A stretch of DNA of 64,000 bases from Phoronis australis (GCA_002633005.1 NMRA01000790.1:36835-100834), one strand, 5' to 3'; shown: positions 15,201 to 29,160, numbered from the stretch's first letter. Numbers and translations are program-made. The notes: a model not told the origin generated them from the sequence alone.

Positions 15201-18200
15201 TCATTCGTCTCATCCACACTGTACTCTGAGGCTGCGTCAATTGACGCTCCGGTTCTTGTATCTGAAAGCATTTCTGACCACTGTCGTGCGATGTGGTCAT
15301 ACGTGGTATTCCTCAGTAAATGTTCGGTGTGGTTATCTAATTCTGCGTCTGTAGCAAAAAAATCGACCAACCTTGCTGGGTACAAGGGAACTTTTGTTGA
15401 GGCTCTTCACTAGATGCAATGCCAACCTTAACTCTTCGTGTTGAAAACCCGCCATGTCTAGAGATGTGTATTTTAGAAAAATAGGTTTCCCATTTTCTCA
15501 GTATTTGTAAGAAATTACCGTCACCTACATGGAATGATTTCCACACGCAAATTCCTTGGGTGGAATAGTGGGAATTGGGGAATGTGCTTATACCAGGAAC
15601 TGAGTGTTTCGGAAAAGACTTTGTTGCATTGACTGAATATGCATACACATACATGTAACATCCCTTCACACGGCCACTGGAAAGTAATGCATCTTTCAAA
15701 TCCAGAAAGTTTATGATATTGTTATCTTCGGCTACAAAGTACTTCGCATGTTGTTTGAGTGGAGCAGTCTTGCGATCACAGAGATTCTTTCCATTCTGAC
15801 TGTCACTAAAGTCATATCTCGAAACAGAAATGCCGGTAGAATGTGACAAGGCAGGAGGAGAGGATCAGAGTGGTAACATCCAGCATAACCTGACTCTTCC
15901 ATCACTGGTCCTGTTCAATCAGAAATTCACCGACTCGGGGTAGTACGAATCCGTACTCTGGCACAGGCCTTGCTTTGTGAGGTACTTTCCTGTATTTCAA
16001 ATGTTCAGTGGTGTCTTTGACATGACTCACTAAAGCCCAAAGCTTTTGTGATAGTATTTTTTGCAGAATAAACTCTAAAGGGACATGAAGTTTGTTCAAA
16101 TGGTCTGTAAACTCTGCTCGTCATTTCCAAACCATTAAAATAAACAGTTTTGCAAGACAATTTTCACTAAAGTGTAAACTTGAGGCAAGATTTTTTATTG
16201 CTCAGTCATCAAGACTAACTCTTTAACTGTATGTTCTAAACGTCCCATAAGGCTACAAGGTGTTTTATGGCATTAAGAAGGTCACAAAAACGGCCACTAA
16301 ATTAGCCCCAAAATGTGGTTTGGGGATTATCTCCCCTGTCTAGCACAACTCTCAGATTTTAATAAATGGCACAAAATTATGCAAGGTATACGTTGGTTAT
16401 TTCAGCCACCAAAATATAGTTTTTGATCTATTTTGTATGTTACTCAATTTTGTTGCTGAAAACAATACGATTTTTGAGACGGCTAATATGCCCAATTGTG
16501 CCACTTTGTGTTCTCATGCTCCAACGGCGAAATTAGGGGTTATTGAGTGCACAGAAATTGGCATTTGGGTTTTTGTTAGGATGCCTACCCATGTACAAAA
16601 ATTAAATTGTTTTGCATTTTGACTTATAGACTGATTTTTGAAAATCTACTGTTTTTTATATGGACTGCCTCTTAACTGATTTGGCTTGGACCCAGATGTC
16701 CAGCTTTGTACCCTCATGACCTGCTTTTAATCCAATTGTCCCGTGCTTTCGTTCTTGAACGTTGACCGTGACAGCTACGCAATAGGTGTCCAAAATAAAA
16801 ATGTCTCTTGTAATAAATATTGTTTTCAAGAGTCCACTTTCTTTAGTACATTGCAATCAAAAAATTAAGTTTTGTTCCACTGGGTCTTGTTTACGCTAGC
16901 ATGCACTACATACATCAGGATCAAAAACATATATTTTCTGATGGAATTAGTTGATTTCTAAGCTTTTTTGAAATACCTGCACTACAAATAGCGTGATGAT
17001 TTATTCACATTACACGTACCTTTCAAAACTACGTGATGGATTCCGCACACTTTCTGTTGTTTAGAAATACTTTAATTCCAAATTCAGGATAGAATCTTGC
17101 AACAGATTATGGTATTTTTCGTAAATATTACTGCATTAAGAATATAATATGGTGTCAAACCGCTCCAAAATGCAATTAGTTATAACATATTAACATGTAT
17201 AATTTTGGATGAATGCCTGACTAAATCATCCATAGCAATGTGACGGATTTATTTTCTTAATCGCTTGTGTTTGTAGGGTAGACATCTTTTGAATCAGGTG
17301 TAATGGCTTTGCTGTTTATTTTTATAAGACCTTTCTGGTTTATTTCCAATTTTATGTTAATATTTCTCGCTGCTATTTTTCATATTTTGGCAACACTCTT
17401 GGTTTTTAGAAATAATAAAAAATAATTTAGTCTCGTACTCAAAATGATAATTTATGAATTAATTTTTGCTTCTGGTATAATCGTCAAAAATGACTATGGG
17501 CTTTCTTGTGATGTGGCAATTTGGTTGAAAAATGATGGAGTTGCAAAAAGTTTTAATGCCACACACAGGAGCAAAGGAATGCAAACAACTCTCACGCAGG
17601 CGCAGCGTGCAACCTCAGCGGCTGTGAGATTGGGGTTGGCATTTCAGGGAAAATTTTCTTTGTATTGCAGTAGCACTATTATAGCAGATTTGATTTTAAC
17701 ATTTGCGTCTAACCGATGCGTGGGCGTTGGTGACCCTGCCTGTCCAAAAAAACAGGATTTTTCGCTAGTAAATAACCATTTGTATGAAATGTATTCATTT
17801 AGTGGTCCCAGTTAAACAAACGTGCTTTTGATACAATAACGATCTAAGTCCCATTGGATGCATGACGCATTATGCCCTACAAGGCATTTTTGAACTGGCA
17901 ACTATAAATATTTCTTTCCCTAATTGGATTACAATCGACACAGTGTCAGGATTTTAATTTTCAACTTCTTTTCTTGAATTATTTTCATTGCTTGAATGGC
18001 AAAATTCATTCGACTACAACACATTGCAACTACTGTATGTTGAGAGGCCTCAACCTCTACTGGTTAACCTTCTTGAGCAACACAATTGGGCAACTTGACT
18101 TACATATACATGTAAGTGGACGTCCAATTACCAGAATGATTTTTATACCCTCTCAGAAAACAGTGAAATTTAGTAGAGCTGGGCTATTGGTAGCCACTTG

Positions 18201-21200
18201 GGAACTGTTTCCGTGACAACCATAGCGGGCTCACAATGCGCCATTTCAGATCACGTTCTCACGCCATTTTCTGTTTTCAATCACCATACTTGAACCAGAG
18301 CAGGCTCGCTTGTAGGTATGTCTTATGGGAAAGTCACTCAGCGAGGTAATAAGATTATAAAATATGAACAAAACAAAAAAATGCCTAAATTGCCACAGGT
18401 CGTGAGTCGAGGGAGCGTGAATCGGGAGGGGGGGTTGTCTAGGGGTGTTGTGGTCGAGGGGGTTGAGGGGACTTTAGAGAACAATCCGTAGAATACATGT
18501 ATGTCCTAAAATACAAATGTCCGGTCATAATTACGCACAAATTTTGTAATCTTAAATGCAGTCCACACACAGGCCTATCCTAGAACAAGTAAATCCTGAA
18601 ACGAGTTGCCGCTATCGTAGCTTGTAAAATGTGTGGACGCTATTTAAAGGCTAATGCCACCCGATTTAATTAGTCTTTTTTACCGTCTTAATCGGTCTGG
18701 GGCCACATCGGCTCGTACACGGTCGACCTTACCTTGTCGAGAGGTGTCGCGTTAGCCTGTGAGGAAGGTAAGAAAGTCCGCAGCGACGTCAGTGGTTCGT
18801 ATGCAGAGTGAATTCCGCCATGGTGTGGTGTGTCGTTCCTGCCTGTTCGAACTATGAAGCGGCGAGGAAAGCGGGTACATCGTTTTTTCGATTTCCTCGA
18901 GAGCCCGAAATGCTTCGGAAGTGGCTCGCGGCAGTGAAAAATGACAAGTACGGAGTTCATACCAAGTACGAGGCCGTGAAACATCTCCGTGTCTGTGGCC
19001 GACATTTCGTGGACAGTGATTTCACTGACGAATTCCGGCTTGCCAAACAGCTCATGCCAGGGCAGAAAAAGCAACCGAGGCTGAAGTCAGATGCTGTGCC
19101 TAGTGTGTTTGCGTTCGGCAGGCAGGAAGCAAAGAAACGTGGATCAGTTGTTTCCATTATGGTGCAGTTAGCGCACTGACACCATGAGACGGTTTTCGGA
19201 ACTATCCATGTGCTCCATTGTTTGTGCACGTTCACGGCGCCTCTCTAATACTTCTTGATCAGTGTACTCTAGCTGGTTCGAACTGATATCCTGAGAAAAC
19301 TAACGATCTACCTGGGAAGTCTTCGTCAGATGAGTACTCCTCCAAGTCGGGATTGCGAGTTGCCATGTTGACGTTTATTACTAAGCGTTCTGTTTCAAAA
19401 TGAATTATTCTCACCCTAACCAATACTTATATATAAAACTGAAAGAAAGTGTGTCCCATTAGATGCAATTTGTAATGCCTTTGGAGTGTTCGTGAGTGCA
19501 AATGATTTGAGAAGCCAGCAATGAATAAATCACTGCGTTACCGGCTTTAGGTGCAATAAAACTAATTTGACCGGACACCGAGGCCGTGTGAGCGCAAGCA
19601 ATTCAGTGTTTGCTGACAGAATCTGTTGTGAAACAATAACTCGATATTCCATCCCACGGCCAGGTGTTAGGGGAATCTTTGTTTACTTATACATTATTCA
19701 AATAATGATTGTCAATGTGCAGCTTCTGCCCTGGCGGTTCTGTGGCCAAACGGGAACCTGAATTCACGGCCCCCGACGAGCAGGCCTTAGTAGATTTGCA
19801 GTTTCGTGGCTTCACCAAAATAATCACGTGCACACTACTTCTTTAGCTCACTAGTATAGTACTTTCTTGACTTCAAGCTTAGTTTCCAACTTTGGCTGGT
19901 TAGTGTTCGTGATGTCTTCAGTCCGGTCGCGACGGGCCTGATTGGGTTCCGAGCCACTGGCCGGGATAACGAGTCAGTCCGGCCGCGACGGGCCTGATCG
20001 GGTTCCGAGACACTGGCCGGGATAACAAGCGTTTTTTGTGTTTAGAACTAAAAACACAAGTCTAAACAACACAGATCTAGGTCCTACTGTCTGTATTTCA
20101 CGGAAAAATACTTAGAATTTATCTCCGAACAGAACAAGAACTCCTGATACGGACCTTGGTAAATTGGACTGCCGAAATTTGTTGGCTACGGTGTGTCCAA
20201 ATATCAATAAATCCGTAACAGTGAAATAAGACAACACGTTTTTATAAGAACTCGGTGTATTTTTAAGGGTTTTACATCGATGTTTGATCATTCATTGGTG
20301 TTAAACGATGAGTTCAAGCGATAAGCTGACACCAGTTACCCGTGTTGTGAACTGCTGAACAGACTGCGTGTGAAACCGATGACGTCAGTGGAAAATTTCA
20401 TCACCTCCGTCTGCCGTCAGGTGTCAGGTAACGCAACCGTACGTGCCGCTATCGAGGAGAACTACTCGATCTAAATTGATACAAATTAGGTTGTTTTTTG
20501 GGTGGCATGCTCCTTTAAACTGTCTAATAAATTACCTCGCTACTTACTCCACGTTTTCGATGTAGGGTAACTAATGCTCCTACGCCGCTTTTAATCGTTT
20601 TGAGGTCGCAAACTATGGTAAAACGTAAGTAATTATTAGTTTCGTATTCTTGTCAGCTGTCCATTGTCATGCACAGTGCGACAACTCAGGTTCCGCCTTA
20701 CCGTTGTTATCGAAAATCTGCGTGAATCTGTTTCTTCTCGGCTTAAAAGTCGGATCAGTTGCACTTGTGCAAATTATTATGGAATATACTGAGTGCAGGT
20801 GAGACTGTATGATCAGCAGATTTTGATACACTTTAAAACGTCAAAGTTTTCATCACGTCGTTATTCTGTTTTTTTAAAGTAAAGACATGCCAACGAAAGG
20901 ATATAGCGCAAGTTATCTACAGTAACTGTGGTCCTAAAATCAGAACATCTCATTCACACGAAAGTTCTCGAGAAATTTGCAGTGCCATTCTATGTGAACT
21001 ACCCATGTTGCGCATACTGTATATTCGTTCATACCATTAGTCATCCGTATTCTTCGGAGACCCAATTGCCCCATGGGTAATGCAATGGCACATGAGAGAA
21101 ATGCGAGAAATAAATTTTACTCGAGAATGCGTTGGATTGTTTTGCTCTATTATGTCTTACATCAGTCACAAATTCAGTGAGGTTCACCTTCTTTCCTCTC

Positions 21201-24200
21201 GTTCAAGTTATTATTTCCATCAAGTGTACTAAAATTACACGTGTAGGTCATGTAACCTCACTTAAATGTGCAGTGATTGCTGCAATTTTTTCAATAGTAC
21301 ATCTAGGTTATAATTCTGTAAAAAATTACTAAACTTCCAAGGAGTTTTGTTCAACGGAGTTGAAATCTTTAATTGTTAATTGCCTCTTCTCCAAGTCTGT
21401 TTTGAGTAGTGTTCATTACAACGGTTTAAACATGTAATTGCCAAGGATTATGTAACTTGTAGATAGCACGATTAAAGTATTGGATTTGGGACTGCATTGA
21501 TCGAGATCACGTGTACATTTTGGATCTTGGCCACACGTCAACATGTTGAAGTGAGGACCTTGTACGGTTTCAGATGTGTCAACAGTTTTTGTTGAATCCA
21601 CAATTTTTACATCAGTATGGGGCGTGCCATTTAGAAAATTAGGACTTTTCGAGTACCATGGGTCATGTTTTTAGCCTTCTAGTGTGAAATCAATCATAGA
21701 TATTTTACGATTTGTATGCAGCAGTGAATCTATGTTTGATGCAAGGGTCCCCTACATTGGGCAATTGCTAATAACCTGCAATCCGTGCAAAAAACGAGCT
21801 TTTTCCTTAAAACATTTACCGCTACAAAATTTGTGACAATTAGTTCTTCTCATCCCGCATGAGAATTGTACACGTATTACAAGCTGAAGGCGTGAACGTA
21901 TCACGAAGCAAAGCCATTCTCTAAGGGCATTACTGACCATTTGATGAGGAGGGACCTTACAAAAGAAAGCATGGACAATACATGGGAATGATGGAGTTGT
22001 GTGCATCATTGCAAATATTTATAGCGAGAGTAAAGTTAATAAAACTTTCGCGTTCAACTCCCAACAAGACAAGGACGTTCTGTAACATGATCTGAAGAGA
22101 TTACAAAATAAATGTTCCGTCCTTGACATTATTGTGCGCCTTTTTATTCCTTCCACGTCCGTCTTATCCCAAGTCTATGCCCATATTACATGATGCACGT
22201 TTCGCTGAAATCTGCCGTTGTTTTCAAATAAACCATCCCGCCGAGAAACTGTTCGTCATGAAGTCTGAACACTATGGGTTACATTATTAGCTTAGAGATT
22301 TTCATTTTGAGAATTTTTAAATAGCATATTTATACGTGATATCAGACCTAATTAACATTTTAAATGTTGAAAACCGATAATAAGCCTGATTTTAAAGGTT
22401 AAGAAGATAGCTTGCTTGAATATAACCCTACTTCATTGATATATTCAAATTAAAAAGTGTTGAACATTAGTTGCACATTTGGCTCTCGACTGTGAAGTAT
22501 CAAAGACAGATGACGACGGTATCGTAAAATTCGTATGAAATTCAATCCGGAAATTTTATCGACAATATTCTCATTCTTACAAATTAACAAGAGGTCCCAC
22601 GACAGATCAAAAATGGGATAAACAATCTAAACATGTAGCAGTTACGTTATTAGCAATGGTAGGTAAATTTCAGCAAACTTGAAATGACTTCTTCATTACT
22701 GTTTTTTGGTATTGTGACGTACTTTTGCAGTGAAGCCTTATTTTTTCAAAAAAAGTGATGGGAATATGGGGCTGAAAGTGAGATGCAGGATGTTGTGAAA
22801 GTGGCAACACGCCATTGTTTAAGAATACTGATACTGTAATAAAACAGAAGCTGTATCAAATGGTTGTTGGTGGAAAATGAAATTTCTATATTTTTTGGGC
22901 GTACGTTGTTATAGTACTGTGGCGGCGAAGTCAAATCAATTTAAGCGATTAACTAACTTCTCAGATTGGAATCGCAAAGTGCAAAGAAGGTCACCCGTTT
23001 CTAAAACAACCCAATCCTTCCTACATGTAATTCATTGTTGTTTTTGGTTTCGTCCTCGTCAGATATTACATCCTACACTTAGCAATCAGTAACACCTGTT
23101 GAAGAAATTTTTCCTTTAGAAGGTGTTTTATTTGTGATTTTTTGCAAAATAAATTGTTTAAGCAAACCTATAACTAGCACATTGGAATTTTTATGAATAT
23201 GTTTGCTAACTTACTGTGTTCTATTGCGATGTTGGCGCAGGAATCGAGTAAATACCGTGAGCTAATATCTGTAAATGCAGCACACCCAGCAACGTCCATT
23301 AAAATGACTCCTTATTGATTGTAGTTCACCCTGACTCAATACCTATTTTCTAATTCACAGAATGGTTGTACCCCACTTCACGCAGCAGCACCAGAGAAAC
23401 CATTCCTGTATTACTACCCAGAACGGGTAAAGTTGCTTCTAGATCACAAAGCTAACGTGAATGCAGTGGATAAGGTAGGAAACAGGTAGTGATGTGACAG
23501 GATTCAAACTAAAAACGACATACCAATCAGCCTGTTATATTTATCAATACTTTTTGTAGACATCAATTATTTTAAGACGCTCTATATTGCTGCACAGTAT
23601 AGTATGCCTTTGTACTTAATATTGGGAGCATTACTATATTACATCATCAGTTTAGATAAGTTTTTGAATGATGGAGGTGGGAGGTTAAATTTATTGTGAC
23701 GTCATCATGTGGTTTATTGGAATATCTCCATCACAGTATATACCATTGGGAAACTGGTTCACCTATAGCAGAATCACTGCTTTTTCAAGCTTGGAATATT
23801 TGGTTATGTTTCACTAGGCTTACCTTATAAACTTGCGTTCAGACAAACGATAGATTTACTTCATCACTGCCTATCACTGGAAATAATCACAGTGATGAAA
23901 AGCATAAGGGCTGGATCAGTTCTTCCAGCGTCAGTCAGACGCGTTCATGTTTTTCAGGTGATGGGATGTCCATTGTGAGCTTGTTATGCATATATATGTA
24001 TGCAGTGGTACGACAAAATATAATGTGTTTCGTTATTCCATTACATGACAGAGTTTTTTACTGTGCTCTGATACTAGTCCTCAAGTTTCATTGTTTAATG
24101 CCAAGTTTGCTCACCTGATGGCTGCTTCAGTGGAGACTGGGTTGAGAGTAACATAAGACAATAGTGTTTTAGCATAGTATTTGCGACATAGAAAGAGTTG

Positions 24201-27200
24201 TTATAAATGATCAACAGTAATATTTCACATATACATGTAATAACATTTCGCATTAATTGGAAATTTCGGTCACAATGGATCTTAACATATGCGTTACTAT
24301 TGGTCCAAAGCCTCAAAGTTCAAACAAGCTGTTCAAGTTGAAATGCTCAAAAGCATAATTTTGCGTCATAGTGGAACATTCACTATTTGTATTTTTAACT
24401 TGATTAAAAGTAAATGAATTCATAGTGGGTTTTCTTGAGCAAACAATCCTATGTGTGGTCAACAAAGTTAAACTGCTGTTATTCGGACGCTGCAGGACCA
24501 CCTTCGTCATATAATGTTGACCTTTTTAGCACATACTCTTTTTACACTATGAAGTGTTCATGTATGTTAGGGATTAGGGAGTGGTTTGTATTTCGACTAA
24601 ACCAGGGATCCGAGTCTTGCATGCTATCAGCGTGAATGCAAGCCTCAGCATTAAGTACAGTGTATGTTCCTAACAACTTTTGAATATTGAATATTCACTA
24701 TTTCATTCTGCTATTTCTACACATTTTATCATGCTGTCGTTTCCATGTGGTTAAAGGGTGACCTGAGTGAGTGTTGTAATGTAACTTGATTATAATGTCA
24801 GTGGAACACTGGGCAACCCATAGCACTGCATCTTACTTAGTATTGTCACGCACTTGGGGAACTGTGTCCGTGACAACGATAGCGGGCACACAATGCGCCA
24901 TTTCAGATCACGTTCTCACTCATTTTCTGTCTTCAATCACCAGACCTGAGCCAGAGCAGGCTAGCCTGTAGGTATGTCTTATTGGAAAGTCACTCAGCGA
25001 GGTAATAAGATTATGAAATATGAACAAAGTGTAAAAAATGCCTGAACTGCCACAGGTCCGTGAGTCGAGGAGGGCATGAATCGGGGAGGGGGTTGTCTAG
25101 GAGTGTTGTGGTCGAGGGGATGAGGTGGCTTTAGAACAATCCGTAGAATAAATGTACAGCACACATCACGAATTTTTGGCCGACCGGTCGGAAATTGGTC
25201 GACGACCGGCCGTCGACCGGTCGGCAAATTAGCCGACCGGTCGGCTAAAAATTAGCCGACCGGCAGCCGCCCGCAGTGCCGACTCATAAAGCGACCCCAC
25301 AGCCGACCCTTCAGCCGACCCTTTAGCCAACCGGCCATCAGGCGACCAGCTGGTCGGCTGCTATTGTTAGGCTAGAGTAGCAGTTGCGTAATAGGTTGTC
25401 AGGCTCATACCACTTTGCGTGTCGATGCATATTCGTCTTAGCACAGGGTCAAATAAATTAACCTAGTTTTGCTGTCTCGGTNNNNNNNNNNNNNNNNNNN
25501 NNNNNNNNNNNNNNNNNNNNNNNNNNNNNNNNNNNNNNNNNNNNNNNNNNNNNNNNNNNNNNNNNNNNNNNNNNNNNNNNNNNNNNNNNNNNNNNNNNNN
25601 NNNNNNNNNNNNNNNNNNNNNNNNNNNNNNNNNNNNNNNNNNNNNNNNNNNNNNNNNNNNNNNNNNNNNNNNNNNNNNNNNNNNNNNNNNNNNNNNNNNN
25701 NNNNNNNNNNNNNNNNNNNNNNNNNNNNNNNNNNNNNNNNNNNNNNNNNNNNNNNNNNNNNNNNNNNNNNNNNNNNNNNNNNNNNNNNNNNNNNNNNNNN
25801 NNNNNNNNNNNNNNNNNNNNNNNNNNNNNNNNNNNNNNNNNNNNNNNNNNNNNNNNNNNNNNNNNNNNNNNNNNNNNNNNNNNNNNNNNNNNNNNNNNNN
25901 NNNNNNNNNNNNNNNNNNNNNNNNNNNNNNNNNNNNNNNNNNNNNNNNNNNNNNNNNNNNNNNNNNNNNNNNNNNNNNNNNNNNNNNNNNNNNNNNNNNN
26001 NNNNNNNNNNNNNNNNNNNNNNNNNNNNNNNNNNNNNNNNNNNNNNNNNNNNNNNNNNNNNNNNNNNNNNNNNNNNNNNNNNNNNNNNNNNNNNNNNNNN
26101 NNNNNNNNNNNNNNNNNNNNNNNNNNNNNNNNNNNNNNNNNNNNNNNNNNNNNNNNNNNNNNNNNNNNNNNNNNNNNNNNNNNNNNNNNNNNNNNNNNNN
26201 NNNNNNNNNNNNNNNNNNNNNNNNNNNNNNNNNNNNNNNNNNNNNNNNNNNNNNNNNNNNNNNNNNNNNNNNNNNNNNNNNNNNNNNNNNNNNNNNNNNN
26301 NNNNNNNNNNNNNNNNNNNNNNNNNNNNNNNNNNNNNNNNNNNNNNNNNNNNNNNNNNNNNNNNNNNNNNNNNNNNNNNNNNNNNNNNCCCCCCTAAATC
26401 CGCCTATGCACTCCAACAAACAAAAATAGGCACATATCTTGAATTTGCACAAAACTAGAAAGGAAAATGTCAAAAGTAAAGTCGAGCTCGATTTCAAGTG
26501 TAAAGATTGTGGCCCGTGTCCTGGTGTTATGTGAGTCACGGACCGCAACGTGACACATGCAATTTTGCACCTTGGATCACGACGAGTCAGGTTGCACATT
26601 CATTATACCATTTGAGCAAGGTTACCAAGAATTTACGTCTTGCGATCGAGTAGATACCGATGTGACTTGTATGATTTGACTATGACAACTGTCACTCAAA
26701 CAGGGGGCATTCAGACGTGGGGTGCCGAAACATTTCCATAAGATTAAAGTGCTTAAGATCACCAATTTCATATGACATAGGCCTACTCAACAACAACCCC
26801 ACCACTCGATCATATGTCAAATTAGAACATCCGCAAACACTAACTGACGACACAGGACAACCAATCACAGTTGTAGTCATCCCTCATTGCGTTCATTGTA
26901 AAAAGTCGTCAGGTATTGCTGCTCGTTTTCTCAGGTTTGTGGTATGACAAAAAATGGCGATCCGAGGTGTTTGTTATTGCTGTGGCACGTCGTGACTCTT
27001 TTCACTTTTACGCGCAACAACAAATCGCGGATATGGCACACGTTTGTACCAGAAACTCGCGCGTTAGTAACATGCGGACACACTGGCTCTGACTGTGTTC
27101 CTACGTCGATCACACTCATGTCCCTGGAGCCAAGAAATTTTAATTTTTCATCTAGGTTTTCGTTCATGGGATATTGAATTCACGGCTGTTTTGCAGTGCT

Positions 27201-29128
27201 ATAAAGAAATTGAAAAAGTAATCACTTGTCAAAACAATTGTAAGTGGCCGTGGAGCACTTTAAAGAGACTGGGCCATCTCCTGTACCTCAATCCAAGTCG
27301 TTTTTATTTCCATTCTTTTCCTGCACGCGACACAGCTTGTCCCAGCTGGAAAGACTGTTTGGAAAGAAAGGTTTCGAAGCACATAATGAACACTGGCAAT
27401 TTATAATGAACATTCACTCTGATCTAAAACGCATACTACACGAGACATAGTCAGGCTTTGTTTGAGTATTCAACCGAAACTAATCTTCAACACGAAGGCT
27501 GTTCCTTTTGTAATACTAACAGAGGTTTGCCGAATATTTTGAAGTTGTTCCAAAATTGGAAATCAGATATATAAATTGTGATTTTCCAACCGTGAGGTAC
27601 AATAGTTCTAGTCAATGTGAAATTCCTACTTTAGACGAGTTTCCATTTGACTTTTCATGTGTATTATGAAACGCGTTTTCTGCAAGTATGTCTCCCGTAT
27701 ATTTCAAAATATTTTACCGCACTATAATATACCGTTCGATGGAATACTAACAACTGTTGCAGTCAACGGTTACTGCATGCGTAAGAAGTCGAATTTAACG
27801 TTAGACACATTCAACTTAAAAAAACAACCGTTAAATATTTCTCTCATTGTTTCGAGATCACTTGTATTTGATGCTATACAAACCTTTCATGCTGCACAAA
27901 CGGAAGTTGTTATAGTGAACTGGTTCAAGTACTTATTCACCTCTTTCACGAACGCGGGGCGCTGCTGTCGTGTTGATCGAAAACGAGGCGCCTTGACAAA
28001 CATGGCANAGTTCTTCCAGCGTCAGACGCGTTCATGTTTTTCAGGTGATGGGATGTCCATTGTGAGCTTGTTATGCATATATATGTATGCAGTGTTACGA
28101 CAAAATATAATGTGTTTCGTTATTCCGTTACATGAGTTTTTTACTGTGCTCTCACTAGTCCTCAAGTTTCATTGTTTAATGCCAAGTTTGCTCACCTGAT
28201 GGCTGCTTCAGTGGAGACTGGGTTGAGAGTAACAGAAGACAATAGTGTTTTAGTATAGTATTTGCGACATAGAAAGAGTTGTTATAAATGATCAACAGTA
28301 ATATTTCACATATAATAACATTTCGCATTAATTGGAAATTTCGGTCACAATGGATCTTAACATATGCGTTACTATTGGTCCAAAGCCTCAAAGTTCAAAC
28401 AAGCTGTTCAAGTTGAAATGCTCAAAACCATAATTTTGCGTCATAGTGGAACATTCACTAGTTGTATTTTTAACCTGATTAAGAGTAAATGAATTCATAG
28501 TGGGTTTTCTTGAGCAAACAATCCTATGTGTGGTCAATAAAGTTAAACTGCTGTTATTCGGACGCTGCAGGACCACCTTCGGCATATAATGTTGACCTTT
28601 TTAGCATATACTCTTTATACACTATGAAGTGTACATGTATGTTAGAGAATAGGGAGCGGTTTGTATTTCGACTTGACCAAGGATCCGAGTCTTGCATGCT
28701 ATCAGCGTGAATGCAAGCCTCGGCATTAAGTACTGTGTATGTTCCTAACAACTTTTGAATATTGAATATTCACTATTTCATTCTGCTATTTCTAAACATT
28801 TTATCATGCTGTTTGTTTCCATGTGGTTAAAGGGTGACCTGAGTGAGTGTTGTAATGTAACTTGATTATAATGTCAGTGGACCACTGGGCAACCCATAGC
28901 ACTGCATCTTACTTAGTATTGTCACGCACGGGCAGTTGACGATACTTTGTTCGTACACCTGTCAACTTACAAATCTTTGCATTTAATTTATTTGCTAAAA
29001 CTCGCGTTTCAGGAAAGCACGTTTCATTAATGTGTGTAAAATCAGTGGAAGCTTATTAAAAGTCCACCATCACCACCACCAATGTCCATCATCATCATTA
29101 TCATCATCATCACATTATCAACAGCACC

Positions 29129-29160
<32 letters not shown>

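Larger units (their letters stand above)
18648..20514 (+). mobile_element. Kolobok-like DNA transposon, internally deleted
   Basis: TTAA at 18644-18647 and 20515-20518; TIR AGGctaATGCCACCC / GGGTGGCATgctCCT; convergent THAP and KolX-like ORF fragments. Confidence 0.78.

Noticed and set aside
25463-26599. Longest ORFs in the track (378 and 329 aa)
   Set aside because: Made of X residues from the N gap.
26389-28007. Cluster of short ORFs between the gap and the single N
   Set aside because: No recognisable domain or paired termini; probably part of an incompletely assembled repeat.
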